64,000 nucleotides of DNA from an uncultured Gemmatimonadales bacterium (lineage in GTDB: Bacteria; Gemmatimonadota; Gemmatimonadetes; Longimicrobiales; RSA9), in NCBI GenBank assembly GCA_963708135.1, contig OY970192.1:1728001-1792000 (forward strand), read 5' to 3'. A program made the position numbers and the translations under genes. Every line of letters begins with the position of its first letter. The first letter of the stretch is position 1. Positions 1 to 10,141 of this stretch are shown piece by piece. The notes beneath the pieces are model-generated. The model was not told where the DNA came from. It did not search any database and saw only the letters and a list, made by a program, of their open reading frames with translations.

Positions 1-295
1 GCAGCTCGTCGATGGCGGGGTATTCCGGCGCCCAGTGCGCCGGCGGGTCCAGCTGGTTGCCGAACTGGTCCGTCGCCAGATCGTAGTGGGTCGCCGCGAA
101 GCCGTCCTCCGCGTACGTGTACGCCCGCCCCGTCGCCGGATCGACCGTCGGGCTGAAGCGCGCCCGCTCCAGGGCGACGCCGCGCCGCGCGCCGTACCAC
201 GCGCCGGCCAGCGCCACGCCCGCCAACGCGAGGCCGTAAAGCGCCAGCCGGCCGAGGAGCGAGAGCTCGACTGCGCCGCGCCGACCGATCTTCAT
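1..295 (-). CDS. Hypothetical protein with N-terminal membrane anchor (runs off the window start)
   Basis: Manual translation [35 protein letters not shown]...; GAGAGG RBS upstream; no stop before position 1. Confidence 0.65.
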   Translation of the reverse strand, partial: MKIGRRGAVELSLLGRLALYGLALAGVALAGAWYGARRGVALERARFSPTVDPATGRAYTYAEDGFAATHYDLATDQFGNQLDPPAHWAPEYPAIDEL

Positions 296-450
296 CGCAC
301 CCTCTCGTCGCCGCGCCCACGCGCCGGCAACGCCGGCCCGTGAGGCCCGTGGTCGTGATTCCTGCTGGGGGGGTCGCCCGCAACATAGGATCCCGCGCGC
401 CGGCAAGGTAGGCTGCAGTGCCGCCTCGAGAGCGCGCCTCCGCTCTCCCC

Positions 451-506
451 TTGCGCTCCGACAGGAGCATCGCCTATCCTTCGTCCTGTCGCACCCCGAC
501 AGGAGC
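451..506 (+). promoter_or_regulatory. Putative promoter and PadR operator
   Basis: TTGCGC(451)-18nt-TATCCT(475); inverted repeat TCCTGTCG-N5-CGACAGGA at 484-504; extra half-site CCGACAGGAGC at 458-468. Confidence 0.55.
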
Positions 507-563
507 GCCCCTGCCCGCGCGCCGTCGGGCGACACGCCGACACCGACCTCACGGAGCGCCGCC

Positions 564-896
564 ATGGCAGTTGCCGAGTCCGACGTCCTCCAGGGCACGC
601 TGGACCTCCTGATCCTGCGCACGCTGTCGCTCCAGCCGATGCACGGGTGGGGGATCAGCCAGCGCATCCAGCAGCTCTCTCGGGAGGCGCTCCAGGTCGG
701 GCAGGGCTCGCTCTACCCTGCCCTGCACCGGCTGGAGCGGCGCGGCTGGATCGGGGCCGAGTGGTCCACCACGGAGAACAACCGGCGGGCGAAGTACTAC
801 GACCTGACGGCGCGCGGCCGGCGCGCGCTGGGCGAGGAGATCGCGAGCTGGCGTCGCTTCACGCAGGCCGTGGAGCTGGTGCTGACGGGCGCCTGA
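564..896 (+). CDS. PadR-family transcriptional regulator (acidobacterial short type)
   Basis: [10 protein letters not shown]...HGWGI...[11 protein letters not shown]...NNRRAKYY signature; directly upstream of an ABC permease. Confidence 0.95.
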   Translation: MAVAESDVLQGTLDLLILRTLSLQPMHGWGISQRIQQLSREALQVGQGSLYPALHRLERRGWIGAEWSTTENNRRAKYYDLTARGRRALGEEIASWRRFTQAVELVLTGA

Positions 897-909
897 GGAG
901 GAAGGGACG

Positions 910-3537
910 ATGCCGCGAATGCCATGGCTGGCGGTCCGGCTCCGGGCGCTGTTCGCCCGCGACCGGCTGGAGGCGGAGCTGGACGACGAGCTGCGCTTCC
1001 ACGTCGAGATGGAGACGGCGAAGAACCTGGCAGAAGGGCTGTCGCCGCAGGAGGCGAAGCGCCGGGCGCTAGTGGCGTTCGGCGGCGTGGAGCGGTACCG
1101 GGAGGCGGCGAGGGACGCGCGAGGCATCCGGCCGCTGGAAGACGCGTGGCAGGACCTGCGCTACGGCATCCGGGTCCTGGCGCGCACGCCGGTGGCGTCG
1201 CTCCTGGTCGTCCTCACTCTGGCGCTCGCGATCGGGGCCGGCACGACCACCTACAGCCTGGTCTCGGGCGTGGTCCTCCGCTCGTTCCCATACCGCGACG
1301 CCGATCGGCTGGTGATGGTCTGGGCGGCGCCGCAGGAACGCCCGGAGGGGGCCGGCGGTGCCACCCTCTCGGACGGGGCCGCCCAAACGCTGCTTTCGCC
1401 CACCGGGGCCCTGGCATCGGCCGCGGCGGTCATCGGCGCGCAGCCGGTCCTCACGGGGCTGGGCGACCCGCGGCGAGTGTACGCGCTGCGGGTCGGGCCG
1501 CGTTTCTTCGAGGTGTTCGGCACCGGCCCCGCTCGCGGGCGGCTCATCACGGCGTCGGACATCCGGGAAGGCGCCCACGCGGTGGTGGTGAGCCACCGCT
1601 TCTGGCTGGATCGGCTGGGGGGCGCGCCGGATGCCGTCGGCCGCACGGTCCACCTGGACGGCGAACCGTACGAGGTCGTCGGGATCATGCCGCCGCGGTT
1701 CGAGCTGCCCGCGGATGTGGAGCTCTGGCTGCCCGCGGCGGCCGGGGCGCCGAGCATGGCGACCGCCCCGGTTCCGGAGCCGGGGGGGCAGGTGCAGGGA
1801 CGATACCTGCTCGTGGGTCGCCTCGCGCCCGGCCTGAGTCGGGAGCAGGCGACCGCGCGGCTCGCGATACCGTTCTCCGCCGCGTTCCCGCGCTGGAAGC
1901 CGTCGCTCCAGCCCGTGCGCGACCTGGTCGTAAGCGCCGTCCGGAAGCCGCTCCTGCTGCTCCTGATGGCGGTCGTGCTGCTGCTGGTCCTCGCCTGCGC
2001 CAACGTGGCCGCCGTGCTCCTGGCCCGCGGCGTCGCGCGCCGCCGTGAGATCGCGATCCGTCTCGCCGTGGGCGCCGGCCGCGGCCGCGTGCTCCGCCAG
2101 CTCCTGACGGAGTCGCTGGTGCTGGGGCTCGTGGCCGGCGCCGCCGGCGTCGGCCTCACCCTGTGGGCGCTGCCGGCCGCCATCTCGCTGGCGCGCGCGC
2201 AGCTCCCCGGCGTCGCCGGGATCGCGCTGGACTGGCGGGTCCTGGGAGCGGCCGTGGCCGCCAGCCTGGCGACGGGGCTGCTGGCCGGCATCCTGCCGGC
2301 GGTGGTGGCGGTACGGGAGGCGCCGTCGCGCGCGCTGAAGGACGGCGACGCGCGGGCCGGCGCGAGCCGGGGGCGCCTGCGGCTCGGTGAAGGGCTGGTG
2401 GTGCTCCAGGTGACGCTGAGCACGGTCCTCGTCACCGCCGGCACGCTCCTCGGCCTCAGCTTCCGCCAGCTCACGCACGTCAACCTCGGCTTCGACGCCG
2501 AGCAGGTCACGGTGGCCCAGCTCCGGCTGCCGTCGGAGCGTTACGCCAGCCAGGACACCCGCACCGCCTTCATGACCCGGGTCCTCGAGCGGGCGCGGGC
2601 CATCCCGGGCGCACGCGGCGCGACCGTCGCCTCCGGAATCCCGCTCCACGGCGCCGCCCTCGGCTCGGTCGAGATCGCCGGGCTCACGTTGCCCGCCAGC
2701 CCTCCGCTGACCTGGTTCACCGGGGTGACGCCGGACTACTTCGACGTCTTCGGACTGCGCCTGCTCCGCGGCCGCGCATTCCCCCGGACAGGGGCCGCGG
2801 AGCCGGACGGCATCCTGGTGAACGAGGCCTTCGTGCGCACGTTCTTCCCTGCCGGCAACCCGATCGGGCGGACCGTCCACTACTTCGGCGACGTCGCCGG
2901 GCGCATCACTGGCGTGGTGTCCGACGTCCGGCAGAGCTCGCTCGCCGACCCGCCCGATCCGCAGCTCTACTATCCGCTCCATCCCGGCGGAATTGGCACC
3001 TACCTGCACGTGGCCATCCGCACGGCCGGCGATCTGCGCGGCACCACCGCCGCCCTCGAGTCGGCGATCCGCGCGGTGGATCGCCTCATGCCGATCGACG
3101 AGATCGGCCCCATGCGCAACAGGGTGGCCGAGTCCGTCGCCCGCCAGCACCTCTACGCCGTCGTGTTCACCGCCTTCTCGCTGATCGCCCTCCTCATCGC
3201 CGCTCTCGGCATCTACGGCCTGACCGCCTACACCGTGCGCAGCCGGACCCGCGAGATCGGCATCCGCATGGCCCTCGGCGCCACCCCACGTCGTATCCAC
3301 GCCACCACCGTCGCCCACACCGCCATCCTCGCCGCAGCCGGCGTCGCCTTCGGCCTCGCCGCCGCCGCCGCGGCCGGACGGCTGCTCGAGTCCATGCTCT
3401 TCGGCGTCACCGCGACCGATCCCGTGATCTTCACCGCCGCCGCGGCGCTGCTCGCCGCCGTGGCCATCGTGGCGGCGTCCGTTCCGGCCACGCGGGCGGC
3501 GCGCGTAGACCCCATGACCGTGCTGCGCGCCGATTAG
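910..3537 (+). CDS. ADOP-type duplicated ABC permease (MacB_PCD/FtsX x2)
   Basis: ELDDELRFHVEM N-terminus, LACANVA, RRREIAIRLAVGAGR, RTREIGIRMALGA, ARVDPMTVLRAD C-terminus; GAGGAG RBS. Confidence 0.93.
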   Translation: MPRMPWLAVRLRALFARDRLEAELDDELRFHVEMETAKNLAEGLSPQEAKRRALVAFGGVERYREAARDARGIRPLEDAWQDLRYGIRVLARTPVASLLVVLTLALAIGAGTTTYSLVSGVVLRSFPYRDADRLVMVWAAPQERPEGAGGATLSDGAAQTLLSPTGALASAAAVIGAQPVLTGLGDPRRVYALRVGPRFFEVFGTGPARGRLITASDIREGAHAVVVSHRFWLDRLGGAPDAVGRTVHLDGEPYEVVGIMPPRFELPADVELWLPAAAGAPSMATAPVPEPGGQVQGRYLLVGRLAPGLSREQATARLAIPFSAAFPRWKPSLQPVRDLVVSAVRKPLLLLLMAVVLLLVLACANVAAVLLARGVARRREIAIRLAVGAGRGRVLRQLLTESLVLGLVAGAAGVGLTLWALPAAISLARAQLPGVAGIALDWRVLGAAVAASLATGLLAGILPAVVAVREAPSRALKDGDARAGASRGRLRLGEGLVVLQVTLSTVLVTAGTLLGLSFRQLTHVNLGFDAEQVTVAQLRLPSERYASQDTRTAFMTRVLERARAIPGARGATVASGIPLHGAALGSVEIAGLTLPASPPLTWFTGVTPDYFDVFGLRLLRGRAFPRTGAAEPDGILVNEAFVRTFFPAGNPIGRTVHYFGDVAGRITGVVSDVRQSSLADPPDPQLYYPLHPGGIGTYLHVAIRTAGDLRGTTAALESAIRAVDRLMPIDEIGPMRNRVAESVARQHLYAVVFTAFSLIALLIAALGIYGLTAYTVRSRTREIGIRMALGATPRRIHATTVAHTAILAAAGVAFGLAAAAAAGRLLESMLFGVTATDPVIFTAAAALLAAVAIVAASVPATRAARVDPMTVLRAD

Positions 3538-3667
3538 CGAGGCGACGCTGGGACCGCCGGCTCCGGGAGGTGGCGAGGAATCCGGGATCGGCGATGGAGT
3601 GAGGCCCGTGCGGGCCCCGCAGGCGGCCCCCTCGTTGCACCGCACGCAGAGCTCCGTCCCGCCGGGC

Positions 3668-3705
3668 TTGACAGTACGTCTACGACTAGTCATAATCTTA
3701 CTATA
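3668..3705 (+). promoter_or_regulatory. Sigma70-type promoter, probably giving leaderless mRNA, with overlapping palindrome
   Basis: TTGACA(3668)-17nt-CATAAT(3691); ATG 8 nt after the -10; TAGT-N9-ACTA at 3687-3703. Confidence 0.7.
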
Positions 3706-4328
3706 TGAGCCCACGCCGCGCCGGCCTCTCGCCCCTCGCCCTCGTCGTCCTCGCGCTCCTGGACGAGGGTCCCATGTATCCGTACCGGATGCAGCAGCTG
3801 ATCCGCGAGCGGGGGAAGGACGAGGTCGTCAACGTCCGGTACCGGGCCAGCCTCTACCAGACTATCGCCCGCCTGGAGCGCGATGGCCTGGTCGAGATCC
3901 AGGGCACTGCCCGGACGGAGAACCGGCCCGAGCGGACCGTCTATCAACTCACCGACGCGGGCCGTGAGGCCGTCCACGCCTGGCTGCGGGAGATGCTCGC
4001 CAGGCCGGCCTCCGAGTTCCCCGAGTTCCCGGCCGCCCTCTCCTTCATCTACCTGCTGGAGCCGGAGGCCGCGCGGGAGGAGCTGGCCCGGAGGGCCGAC
4101 GCCCTGGATGCCGAGCGGCGACGCCTGTCCGGGGTGCTGGATGAGCACGCCGACTCGGTGCCGCGCCTCTTCCTGCTGGAGCTGGAGTACCTGAAGACGG
4201 CGGCCGAGGCGGAGCTGGCCTGGGTGCGCCGCGTCGTGGACGACCTGGGCGCCGGCCGTCTCGGCTGGAGCCCGGCCTGGATCCGGCGCACCGTCCACCC
4301 CTCTGAAGAAGACGAGAGCGATACATGA
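3705..4328 (+). CDS. PadR-family regulator (long type with C-terminal helical domain)
   Basis: VLALLDEGPMYPY...SLYQTIARLE...RPERTVYQLTDAGR. Confidence 0.9.
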   Translation: MSPRRAGLSPLALVVLALLDEGPMYPYRMQQLIRERGKDEVVNVRYRASLYQTIARLERDGLVEIQGTARTENRPERTVYQLTDAGREAVHAWLREMLARPASEFPEFPAALSFIYLLEPEAAREELARRADALDAERRRLSGVLDEHADSVPRLFLLELEYLKTAAEAELAWVRRVVDDLGAGRLGWSPAWIRRTVHPSEEDESDT

Positions 4329-5389
4329 CGAACTCGAGACTCACGCCGGCGGCACGAACACTCCGCAGAATCGCGCCCGCGCTGGCGCTGCTGGTCATTG
4401 CGCCGCTGATCGCGGAGTTCCTGCTGGGCGACTTCAACATCCGGCAGATCGGCTATCTTGCCGTGTTCGTTCCGGTGTACGGCGCCGGGGCGCTGCTGGT
4501 GCGCGAGATCGCGCGCCGTGCGCGGCGCGGCTGGCCGACCATGCTGCTGCTCGCGCTGGCCTGTGCGCTGATCCTGGAAGGATTCGCCAACCAGACGCTG
4601 TTCAATCCGAGCTACGCGGGTCAGCGCCTGCTGGACTACGGCTTCGTTCCCGCGCTGGGGACGTCGTTCAACTTCACGGTCTACGTGCTGACGCTGCACG
4701 TCGTGTGGAGCCTGGGCAGCTCGGTGGCGCTGGCCGAAGGCCTGGCCGGCGCGCGCTGGCGCGAACCCTGGCTGCGGCTGCCCGGCCTGGTCGTGACGGC
4801 GGCGTTGTTCCTGCTCGGCTGCGCCGCCACCACGAGCTTCACGCTGCGCACGTTTCACTTCGTCGCCTCCGTGGGCCAGTTCGCGGCCGTCGCCATCATC
4901 CTGTTGGCCGTCGTCGTGGCGGCGTTCGCGCTCTTCCGCGCCGCCCGCAACGGCGCGCTCGAGCCCGGCGGCGGCGCCTCGGGCGACGAAGCCAGCCGCG
5001 CCCCCTCCTTCTGGCTGGTCCTGGCCGTGGCGCTCGTGCTGTCCAGCGCGTTCCAGCGCTGGTTCGCCTACGCGCCGCGCCACGGGCTGAATGCCGGGCT
5101 CGGTCTGGCCGGATTGCTGGCGCTCGAGGTTGCGGCCGTCGTTCTGTTCGCCGTGTGGTCGCGCCGTCCCGGCTGGGGACCGGCGCATGTGCTGGCGGCA
5201 GCGACCGGCGCGATCCTGACCTACGGCTGGATCAGCCTGCGCCGCCTGGTGGTGGCCGGCGGCACCTCCCTGGGCGTGCCCACGACCCCGATCGACGTGG
5301 TGGGCCAGGCGGTTCTGCTGCTCGTGATGCTCGGGGCGAGCTACCTCGCGTGGCGGCGGCTTCGGCGCCGACCCCGCCGGACCGCCTGA
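4325..5389 (+). CDS. Multi-pass membrane protein of unknown function
   Basis: About 10 hydrophobic segments; APLIAEFLLG motif; ATGA overlap with padR. Confidence 0.8.
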   Translation: MTNSRLTPAARTLRRIAPALALLVIAPLIAEFLLGDFNIRQIGYLAVFVPVYGAGALLVREIARRARRGWPTMLLLALACALILEGFANQTLFNPSYAGQRLLDYGFVPALGTSFNFTVYVLTLHVVWSLGSSVALAEGLAGARWREPWLRLPGLVVTAALFLLGCAATTSFTLRTFHFVASVGQFAAVAIILLAVVVAAFALFRAARNGALEPGGGASGDEASRAPSFWLVLAVALVLSSAFQRWFAYAPRHGLNAGLGLAGLLALEVAAVVLFAVWSRRPGWGPAHVLAAATGAILTYGWISLRRLVVAGGTSLGVPTTPIDVVGQAVLLLVMLGASYLAWRRLRRRPRRTA

Positions 5390-5518
5390 CGCCACCCAGA
5401 CGACATCGGGCGCGCCGGCCCGCCGCGCGCGCTCGACCGCCGCGGCGAACGTCCGCGGCCGGACACAACTCACACATCGCCGCGGTCCCCGGGACGCGGG
5501 CGCAGAAAGCGCCCCTAT

Positions 5519-5636
5519 GCGGACCAAACCCCGCCGCGTCCGAGAACGCCGGAAACGGAGCCGCACTTTGGTCCGCCGGGCGGACCGAAGTGCGACCGCG
5601 TCTTTGCGCCGGCGAGGGACACGCAGTTTGGTCCGC
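5519..5636. repeat. REP/BIME-like cluster of four alternating GCGGACCRAA units
   Basis: GCGGACCAAAC 5519-5529 pairs perfectly with GTTTGGTCCGC 5626-5636; inner 15-bp stem 5562-5576/5580-5594; lies between convergent genes. Confidence 0.65.
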
Positions 5637-5750
5637 TCGGGCGTGGCGACGCGCCGGGCCCTGGCATTACGTCTTCGCGCCACCCGCGGCCGCCCACCTC
5701 GCGCGTGCCATTCCAGCCGGCTTCAGCCGCGCGACGACGCCGCGCCGTCG

Positions 5751-6638
5751 CTACGTGATGGACGCCCGGTAGATGCTCTCGATGGCGGCGTCGAGGGTGG
5801 CGTTGAACTCGTCGTCGCTCTGCTGGGCCGTGAGGCCCTCGCTGAGGGCCCGGGAGAAGCTCGCGATGACGCCGTGGTTGCGCGCGAGCTTTTCATTGGC
5901 CTCATCCCGGCTGTAGCCCCCCGAGAGTGCCACGACCTTGAGGACGCGCGGGTGCTCGACGAGCTCGCGGTAGAAGTCGTCCTCTTCGGGGAGGGTCAGC
6001 TTGAACATGACGGGCGCGTCGCCCGGAATGGCCTCCAGGCCTTCGACCAGGCGGCGACGGAGCAGCGCCTCGGCCTCCGCCTTGTCGGGGCTGTGGATAT
6101 CCACCTCCGGCTCCAGGATCGGCACGAGGTCCGCGGCCTGGATCTCGAGCGCCACGTCGAACTGCTGGTCGGCGATGTCGGCCACGCCGGCGGGGTCCGC
6201 CCGCTTGATCACCGAGCGCATCTTGGTGCCGAAGACGCCGTGCTCTCTCGCCCGAGCCAGGAGCTCCGCGAGGCCCGGGATCGGCTTCATGCGCTGCACG
6301 CCGTCCGCCTCTTTCTCGAGCCCCTTGTCCACCTTGAGGAACGGCACGACGTGCTTCACCGTCCAGAGGTACTCCGCCGAGCCACGCCCGTCGATCTGCC
6401 GGTCCATCGTGTTCTCGAAGAGGATGGCGCCGACCACCCGGTCGCCGTTGAAGGCGGGGCTGGTGATCATGCGCGTGCGCATCTCGTGGATGCGGTCGAA
6501 CATCTCCGTCTCGTTCCGGTAGGCGTCCGGCCCGACGCCGTACGCCTCGAGCGCCTTGGGCGTGCTGCCGCCGCTCTGGTCGAGCGCAGCGATGAAGCCG
6601 TTGCCCTCGTGGATCCTGTTCCGCTGCTCCGCGTTCAT
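5751..6638 (-). CDS. fda: Fructose-bisphosphate aldolase class I
   Basis: [48 protein letters not shown]. Confidence 0.95.
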   Translation of the reverse strand: MNAEQRNRIHEGNGFIAALDQSGGSTPKALEAYGVGPDAYRNETEMFDRIHEMRTRMITSPAFNGDRVVGAILFENTMDRQIDGRGSAEYLWTVKHVVPFLKVDKGLEKEADGVQRMKPIPGLAELLARAREHGVFGTKMRSVIKRADPAGVADIADQQFDVALEIQAADLVPILEPEVDIHSPDKAEAEALLRRRLVEGLEAIPGDAPVMFKLTLPEEDDFYRELVEHPRVLKVVALSGGYSRDEANEKLARNHGVIASFSRALSEGLTAQQSDDEFNATLDAAIESIYRASIT

Positions 6639-6807
6639 GCTCCCCCTCCCGTGGTGGCGTTTCGGATCGCGGGCTCGCGGGTGCGCACGCGCGCCGCGCC
6701 GGAATCGTCGTTCGTCGCCTCAGTCAGGATCGGTGCCAGCCCCGAGCGACGCAAGCGGGGGCGGTCGATCCGCCGCACACCCCCGAGGCGCCGCGTGGCG
6801 GTCCAGG

Positions 6808-7599
6808 TCAGCGCCCGCGCAGCGCCTCCTCGATCGCCCGCTCCGTGAGCGGCGCCATTACCCGATAGCCGGCCTCGTTCGGGTGCACGCCGTCGGTCGT
6901 GAGCTCGCTGCGCAGCCCCTGCCGCTCGTCGGCCATGGCCGAGTGGTAGTCCAGGTAGACCACCGCGTGCGCCGCCGCGTAGTCCTTCATCCATGCGTTC
7001 AGCTCCAGGATCTTCGGCGCCGGCTCGAGCCCCCGCCGCCAGGGGTAGTCGAGGGTGGGCAGCACCGAGGCCAGCACCACCCGGATCCCGTTCGCCCGCG
7101 CCAGCTCGGCCATCGAGGCGAGGTTGTCCTCGATCATCTGCAGCGTGGAGGGCCCGGTGTTGCCGGCGATGTCGTTGGTCCCGGCCAGGATCACCACCAC
7201 CTTCGGCCGGAGCGAGATCACGTCCTGGCGGAAGCGCACCAGCATCTGCGGCGTGGTCTGGCCGCTGATGCCGCGGTCGATGTACGGCCTGCCCGGGAAC
7301 TCGGCGGGGAGGTAGCGCGCCCAGGAGTCGAAGATCGAGTTGCCCAGGAAGACGACGCGGTCCTCACCCGGCGCGGGCGGCCCGAGCCGCGCATTCGCCT
7401 CCCGGTAGCGGCCCAGGGACGCCCAGTCGTTCAGCAGCTCCGCCTGCTGCGCCAGCCGCCGCGCGGCGTCCCGGCAGGCGGCGCTCGTCGTGGTGTCCTG
7501 CGCGCGCAGGGCGACGGGAGCGTGGAGCAGCAGACCGCCGGCCACGACGCAGGAGGCGAGCCCTCGCCCGAGGGCTCGGGCGGTGAGCACGAAGGTCAT
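6808..7599 (-). CDS. Secreted SGNH/GDSL esterase
   Basis: FLGNSI, GISGQTTPQM, LAGTNDIAGN, DGVHPN; signal peptide; AAAGGA RBS before ATG 7599. Confidence 0.92.
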   Translation of the reverse strand: MTFVLTARALGRGLASCVVAGGLLLHAPVALRAQDTTTSAACRDAARRLAQQAELLNDWASLGRYREANARLGPPAPGEDRVVFLGNSIFDSWARYLPAEFPGRPYIDRGISGQTTPQMLVRFRQDVISLRPKVVVILAGTNDIAGNTGPSTLQMIEDNLASMAELARANGIRVVLASVLPTLDYPWRRGLEPAPKILELNAWMKDYAAAHAVVYLDYHSAMADERQGLRSELTTDGVHPNEAGYRVMAPLTERAIEEALRGR

Positions 7600-8168
7600 C
7601 GCGGATCCTTTCCCGGTCGGTGAGTGGGTGCATGCATCGGTGGACAGGGCGGCCGAGTACTGGGACCCGGGCCCCTCCGGGATCCTGGCGGGGCCCCGCT
7701 CACGTGTGCCCCTCTCGTTCTCGCGCACGCTGATGGCGGGGACCAGGTCCTCGAACGGCGCGGAATCGGTGTTCTGCTTCGCGGTCGACTGGAACCATGG
7801 GGCGTTTGGGGGCAAGGTACGGGTTGGGGGACCTGATCGGAAATGGGGCGCGCCGCCGGCCTGCAGCGGACGGAACCTGGATGCTCCCTTCGCCTACCTG
7901 CCCGAGATCCGGCGCGACAGCCGAGCCCGCCGCCGAGGGTGCCCAGGACGGCGGTCCCGGCGCTCGGCCGGTTTTTTCGACCCGAGGACGGCGACGCGGA
8001 GCCGAAGAGCCCCGCCCGCGCCGCGGAGACGCGCGGCGATGCCATCGCGGTCGCGCAACGGCTGGTGGACAGGTACCGCTCGTCCCTGCCATGACCGGAG
8101 CGCCGCGTTGGCGAGTGCGCGAGAGGACGACGCCGCCTTCCGGCCCGAGCCATGCAGCCCCACCCCGC

Positions 8169-9425
8169 GTGAAACCGCTTCTGCACTGGCTCCAGAGCTG
8201 GGGCTACGTCGGGTTGGCGCTCGGGGTACTGCTCGAGAGCATGGGCCTGCCGGTCCCGGGCGAGACCGCACTGCTCGTGGCCGCCTTCGCCGCCGCGAAC
8301 GGCTCCCTCGAGCTGCCGATCGTGATCGCCGTGGCGGCCGGCGCCGGCATCGTCGGGGACAACCTCGGCTACCTGCTCGGCCGCCGGCTCGGGCGCGAGT
8401 GGATCCAGCGCCACGGGCACCGCGTCTTCCTGCCGCCGGAGCGCCTCGCGCAGGTGGAGCGCTTCTTCGACCGCTTTGGCGCCGCGGCCGTGGCGCTCGC
8501 GCGCTTCGTGACCGGCGTGCGCGTCGTCGCCGCGTTCAGCGCCGGTGTCAGCAAGCTGCCGTGGCGGACGTTCCTCCCGTTCAATGTCCTCGGCGCGGCC
8601 GCCTGGGCCACGGCCATCGGCCTGCTCGGCTACGCGGCGGGCCGCGGCTCCGCCGCGTTCGGGCTGAAGCCGTGGATGTTCGGCGCGCTGGTCGCCGGCG
8701 CAGTCGCGCTGGTGGTGGTTATCGCCTTCCTCCGCCGCCGGTTCCAGGGACCCCTGGAGGAATGGCTGGAGCAGAGCGGGCTGGGCCGGCTGGTGTGGTG
8801 GGAGCTGTGGATCCTCGGCCTCAGCGTGGCCGGGCTCGTGCTCTTCGCCAAGATCGCGGAAGACGTGACGCAGTCGGAGTCCCGCGCGTTCGACGACGGA
8901 GTCCGCCACTGGCTCCTCGCCCACCACTCCGCTCCGCTCGCGCACCTGGCAACCGCCGTGAGCTGGCTCGGCTCCACGCTCGTGGTGGTGCCCCTCACCG
9001 TGGTGGTCGCGCTCCTCTTCTGGCTCCGCTATCGCCGCACCGCACCCGCCGCCGTGCTCCTCGCCGCCCTGCTCGGCTCGGCGCTGTTCCTCGGCCTCAA
9101 GGTGGCCTTTCAGCGCGGCTATCCAGGGGCACCGCCGATCGGCCCGGCCCCCCACTACAGCTTTCCCAGCGGCCATGCGACGACCATCACGGCAGCCGCC
9201 GTGACCACCGCCTACATCCTCGTCCGGCAGCGCCTCGTGCGCTGGGTCCCCGCTGCCCTCGCGGCGCTGCTTCTGGCCCTCGTCGTCGGCCTGGCGCGCG
9301 TCTACCTCGACCACTCCCGCGCCTCCGACGTGATCGGCGGATGGGCCGTCGGCCTGTTCGTCTCCGCCGTGGCCGGGACCGTGTACGAGAAGCTGCGGCG
9401 CCGCTCCCTGCACCGTGACCCTTGA
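8169..9425 (+). CDS. DedA (VTT) - PAP2 phosphatase-like fusion membrane protein
   Basis: LESMGLPVPGE, GDNLGY and LARF (DedA); SFPSGH (PAP2). Start uncertain (GTG 8169 or ATG 8091). Confidence 0.88.
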   Translation: MKPLLHWLQSWGYVGLALGVLLESMGLPVPGETALLVAAFAAANGSLELPIVIAVAAGAGIVGDNLGYLLGRRLGREWIQRHGHRVFLPPERLAQVERFFDRFGAAAVALARFVTGVRVVAAFSAGVSKLPWRTFLPFNVLGAAAWATAIGLLGYAAGRGSAAFGLKPWMFGALVAGAVALVVVIAFLRRRFQGPLEEWLEQSGLGRLVWWELWILGLSVAGLVLFAKIAEDVTQSESRAFDDGVRHWLLAHHSAPLAHLATAVSWLGSTLVVVPLTVVVALLFWLRYRRTAPAAVLLAALLGSALFLGLKVAFQRGYPGAPPIGPAPHYSFPSGHATTITAAAVTTAYILVRQRLVRWVPAALAALLLALVVGLARVYLDHSRASDVIGGWAVGLFVSAVAGTVYEKLRRRSLHRDP

Positions 9426-9604
9426 CCCGCCGATGCCGCTCCATCCATCCTACCGATCGTACCCGAAAGGTCATTTGATTCCCCATCCCTCCCCCCGGCC
9501 CGCTCGTTTCGGTGGCGCGGTAGCGCTCGCCCCGCACCGGCGGATGCGACGCGGCGCGTGACACCCACGTGCCTGCGGGTCGCCATTCACGACGGAGCAT
9601 GTTC

Positions 9605-10141
9605 ATGAGCGGTCACGGATGGCAATGGGCGCTGTGGCTCGGAACCCTGGCGGCGGCGATCGTCGCCGGCGGGTGCGCGCCGCAGCGCGCCTCGGCCGGG
9701 CTCGACGGATCCCCCGACACCGCCGCGGTTGCGGCGGTTCTCGATTCACTGCATCACGACGCGTCGGTGGCCGACGAGGCCGCCTACTTCGGCCTGTTCG
9801 CCCCCGACGGCGTCTTTCTCGGCACCGACGCCACGGAGCGCTGGACCGTGCCCGCGTTCCGGGCCTATGCCCACCCGATCTTCCAGCAGGGGCGGGGGTG
9901 GACGTACGTGGTCAGGCCGGGCACGCGCCACATCGCCTTCGATCCCGGCGGCACCGTGGCCTGGTTCGACGAGCTCCTCGACAACGCGAGCTACGGCGAG
10001 ACGCGCGGAACCGGTGTGCTCCGGCGGGTGGACGGAGCCTGGAAGATCGCCCAGTACCATCTGACGATCCCGGTGCCGAACGCGCTCGCGGACACCGTGG
10101 TGCGGCTGATCCGGTCGCAGCCGCAGCATGGGCGGCGATGA
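9605..10141 (+). CDS. SnoaL/NTF2-like lipoprotein
   Basis: Lipobox-like VAGGC; FLGTDATERW, AWFDELL, RGTGVL, WKIAQYHL. Confidence 0.85.
   Translation: MSGHGWQWALWLGTLAAAIVAGGCAPQRASAGLDGSPDTAAVAAVLDSLHHDASVADEAAYFGLFAPDGVFLGTDATERWTVPAFRAYAHPIFQQGRGWTYVVRPGTRHIAFDPGGTVAWFDELLDNASYGETRGTGVLRRVDGAWKIAQYHLTIPVPNALADTVVRLIRSQPQHGRR

Noticed and set aside
9619..10137. N-terminal extension of the kinase ORF
   Set aside because: It overlaps the SnoaL-like gene; ATG 10138 with ATGA coupling fits better
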